From contig NC_135666.1 in the NCBI RefSeq assembly GCF_964188315.1, forward strand, positions 45,756,001 to 45,820,000: DNA of 64,000 nucleotides. The letters run 5' to 3'. This DNA is from Podarcis muralis (taxonomy: Eukaryota). The translations under genes and the position numbers were made by a program. Of the stretch, positions 61,044-64,000 are shown piece after piece. The notes below the pieces were generated by a model, which worked only from the letters and a program-made list of their open reading frames with translations, did not search any database and had not been told where the DNA came from. Positions within the stretch are counted from its first letter, which is position 1; each line of letters opens with the position of its first letter.

Positions 61044-64000
61044 CACAACAACAAGTTGCAGCTAATCTAAAATAGAAGCATCCATACTGCTTCACACAGC
61101 CTCACTAGAGAAGGGGTGTGTAATGAAACTGAAGGTATATTTCAGTTTGCTCTCATATAAGCCTAAAACATGCCTTAACAAAAAATCCAAAACAATCCAT
61201 TGTGCACATTTTGTAAAATCAATTTAAAGCATAATACTAATTGTTACACTAGCAAAACTGCTTGGAAATCATGATATAACTGCAATACCTCCAGAGGAAT
61301 TTCACAAGCACTGGAGTGAAGCAATTTTTAAAAAAACTACATTTTAATAAATCAGAAATGAAATCTACCAACCATGGCACTGCCCTCTCCAAAGGTATCA
61401 TCTTATCTATGCTTTGCTCATGTAGTTTCAATTTTTCCTCATGTTTTCCATAGATTCATCTGCTGATACTTCCATATCCAGTTCTGAGGAAAGATTTGCA
61501 TTCTTCTTCCCTTATTCCCTAAAGGGGGAAAAAATACTTAAGTTCTCCTTCAGGAATTATATGGCTAACATACAATCAAATATGTGCATAAATCTCACAG
61601 AAATCAGTGGTATGTATTAGGCATAGATTACCACCCCAAAGTTCATATGGACCAATAAAAAGAGAGTGAGTCTAATGTTGACATCCTGAGTAGCAGCTAT
61701 AATGGATGAACTCAGGAGCTTATCCCAACACTCAACCTGTACAAACCTTTAAAGTTTAATACACCTACAGTAGTTTTCTATATTGCTGTCTTCTAAGTAC
61801 GTTTTAATGCTTTGAGGAATCATGAGACATGGTGCCTGACTTCAGTTGATGCAATATTAGGTTTAAATATTACAGTTGCTTTGCGTGGCGGTTCCAAAAA
61901 GGAGCAGTAATCAACCAAAGATAGAAAATTTGCAAGATTAACAGTTCCTAGTTCTGGCACATTTTCTAATCTTAAGATATACCACTACTACACCCACCTA
62001 TGGTGCATAATAACTGCCTCTAGATGAACAGAAAGGGGAGCTTTTTTGCAAGTTGGTAGAAATTGAGTCATTTACAAGAGCTACAAGCTGCTTACACTTG
62101 TATACATGGGCAGGTAGACTAGTAGAAAATTGTGATCCATTAACTTGTATTTGTACAACTGGCACAAAATTTCTCTTATAATGGCATTTTTGCCTTTATT
62201 AATCACATTTCATTTCATTTCTTTTTCTAATATATTGTGAATGATAATAAAGTTTTGAGTATTCTCTCACTGCAGAATCAGGCTATATAATCAGCTGCAA
62301 ACACACAATGGATAGCATCTTCATGATGTGTGGCAAGTTCTGTATATCTACCATGTAAAACTTATTCCTGCCATTACTCAAAATTCTTAGTAAGATGTCA
62401 GCAACAGATGCGGCATGGGAAATATATGGTTAGGATCTCTCATAGTTTTACAAAGTATTAACAACAGTCATGGGGGGGAGAAGGGACTTTGATCTTGACT
62501 TGCAGTGATGCGGGATGGACTCCTGTTTTCCATCTACACTTTTTCTTCATCTGGCTTCCCCTCCTAACGTACCTGCCAATTCACCCCACAGGGATAAAGA
62601 ACCAAGGGGTCAATTCAGATAGGGGTCAAATGATACAGAGGAAAGGGTTAAACACACAACTCAAGTGTCACAACCCTGATCCAAATCCCCCATTGAGTCT
62701 TTTTAAATAAAGCCAAAGATTCCAACCACAGAATTCCTGCATCACATCTGTTTTAGACTGTTGTTTCAAACCATGAATTCACTAACTGGATCCACCCCAC
62801 ATTTTGTTGTGACATTATCTTCTAGATGAACTGCGTGAATTGAACTATTAAAGAAAGAAAATCTCAAAACTATTGTCATCTTCTATTGTCCTGCTCCCAA
62901 GCCTTGACCCATTTAAAAGTGTCTTCAAAGCACTTCATAGAGAAAATCCAATATGCTGTATTGAATTAATTTTTGCATTACTTTTATACACAGAGATGGC
63001 TCTGCAACCTATTTTCACAAAACAAGTGTGCAATTGTACAGGTACACCAACAAAATCAGGTCTTTAAAAGGTGGGTTAAAAGTATTGCCCTCTTCCTTAA
63101 TTGTGAGAAAGAAGAAGGGGGACCAGAAAGTCACTTGGTGAAGTCCTAAGTTTCAACAAGTAGGATAACAAAGCACTGTATTACAGCAGTGTGCATAGGG
63201 GACAAGCAGTAGCACAAATGTTTCGGAAGAAGCACATCTTACCCCGTCACTTGGAAGTTTACCACAGGCAACTGCTTAATTAGAAGCCTGCTCTACAGGT
63301 TTTATGCAATTTCAATGTTAATAAAAAATACACAAAGGCATGTGTGTGTCAAACATTATTAGGCACCTTAAGTGCTTGTTAAGGCATTCATTTATTGTGC
63401 ACAATATGACCTTGTACATCTTACTCACCATCATTTCACAGAAAGGCGGAAGACAAATGACCTGCCCCATAAAGTCTCTCTAATAACTTAAGTATTCAAC
63501 CCCAAATAATGCAGGATGGAGACAATACAATGGGAAACAGAATTATGAAATGAATTTGGGAATGGGGAGAAAGAATACCATGAAGGTACCTCTCTCTTGC
63601 GCTTGTGTGAAATAAGCAACGAAAGATACAAAGGTGACATCAGGCACAACAGAGAGCAAGGTATGAAATAGTGGTGCAAACAGACATACGGAAATTGTTT
63701 CTAGAGCACTGGAAGGCCAGAGGTGCAAGCTGATAAAATTAAATTCCAGTGCAGAAGAGCTAGTGGAATTATCAGAATACAAAGCCCCTTGTCAAAAAGT
63801 GATTTTTGAGCATTCCAGACAGACTCAAAGAAAGGACATTATTGCAATCTCTACTTATCCCTTTAAAATATCAGTGATGGGTGCCTTTTTTTTTTCTAGT
63901 CAGTAGATTTAATTAGGAAGTATGACCTGGTTGCCTAAACATTTCAGTAAAGTTAACTGTGGCTCTAAATCTTCTATTAAACAAAATTCTACATCATTAA

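Overview
This is vertebrate genomic DNA, not prokaryotic. The repeat content (Sauria SINEs, RTE-BovB, squamate L2/CR1/L1 and small DNA-transposon MITEs) indicates a squamate, most likely a lacertid lizard. Two genes face each other tail to tail. On the + strand are the last two coding exons of ANO10/TMEM16K (4448-4564 and 31257-31301), separated by a 26.7-kb repeat-rich intron. On the - strand is the complete coding sequence of SNRK in five exons of 589+142+213+135+1219 nt = 2298 nt (765 aa plus stop), all with canonical GT/AG junctions and compatible phases. SNRK has a roughly 2.3-3 kb 3'UTR and 100 nt of 5'UTR containing two overlapping uORFs. Most ORFs in the supplied track are repeat-derived or chance. 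I see no CRISPR, rRNA or intact tRNA genes, and no intact transposase or reverse transcriptase. I cannot claim a confirmed new system. The most unusual objects are: (1) a young, GC-rich 1.6-kb TA-flanked non-autonomous Tc1/mariner (Tc2-like) element whose interior is almost entirely nested hairpins in 128-bp and 119-bp tandem arrays (17010-18602); (2) a near-perfect inverted repeat with about 78-bp arms in an SNRK intron (54829-55001); (3) short terminal motifs in the two proteins (ANO10 KxKxx, SNRK CaaX-like CHVV); and (4) the SNRK uORF pair. Repeat family names and human comparisons come from memory and were not database-checked.
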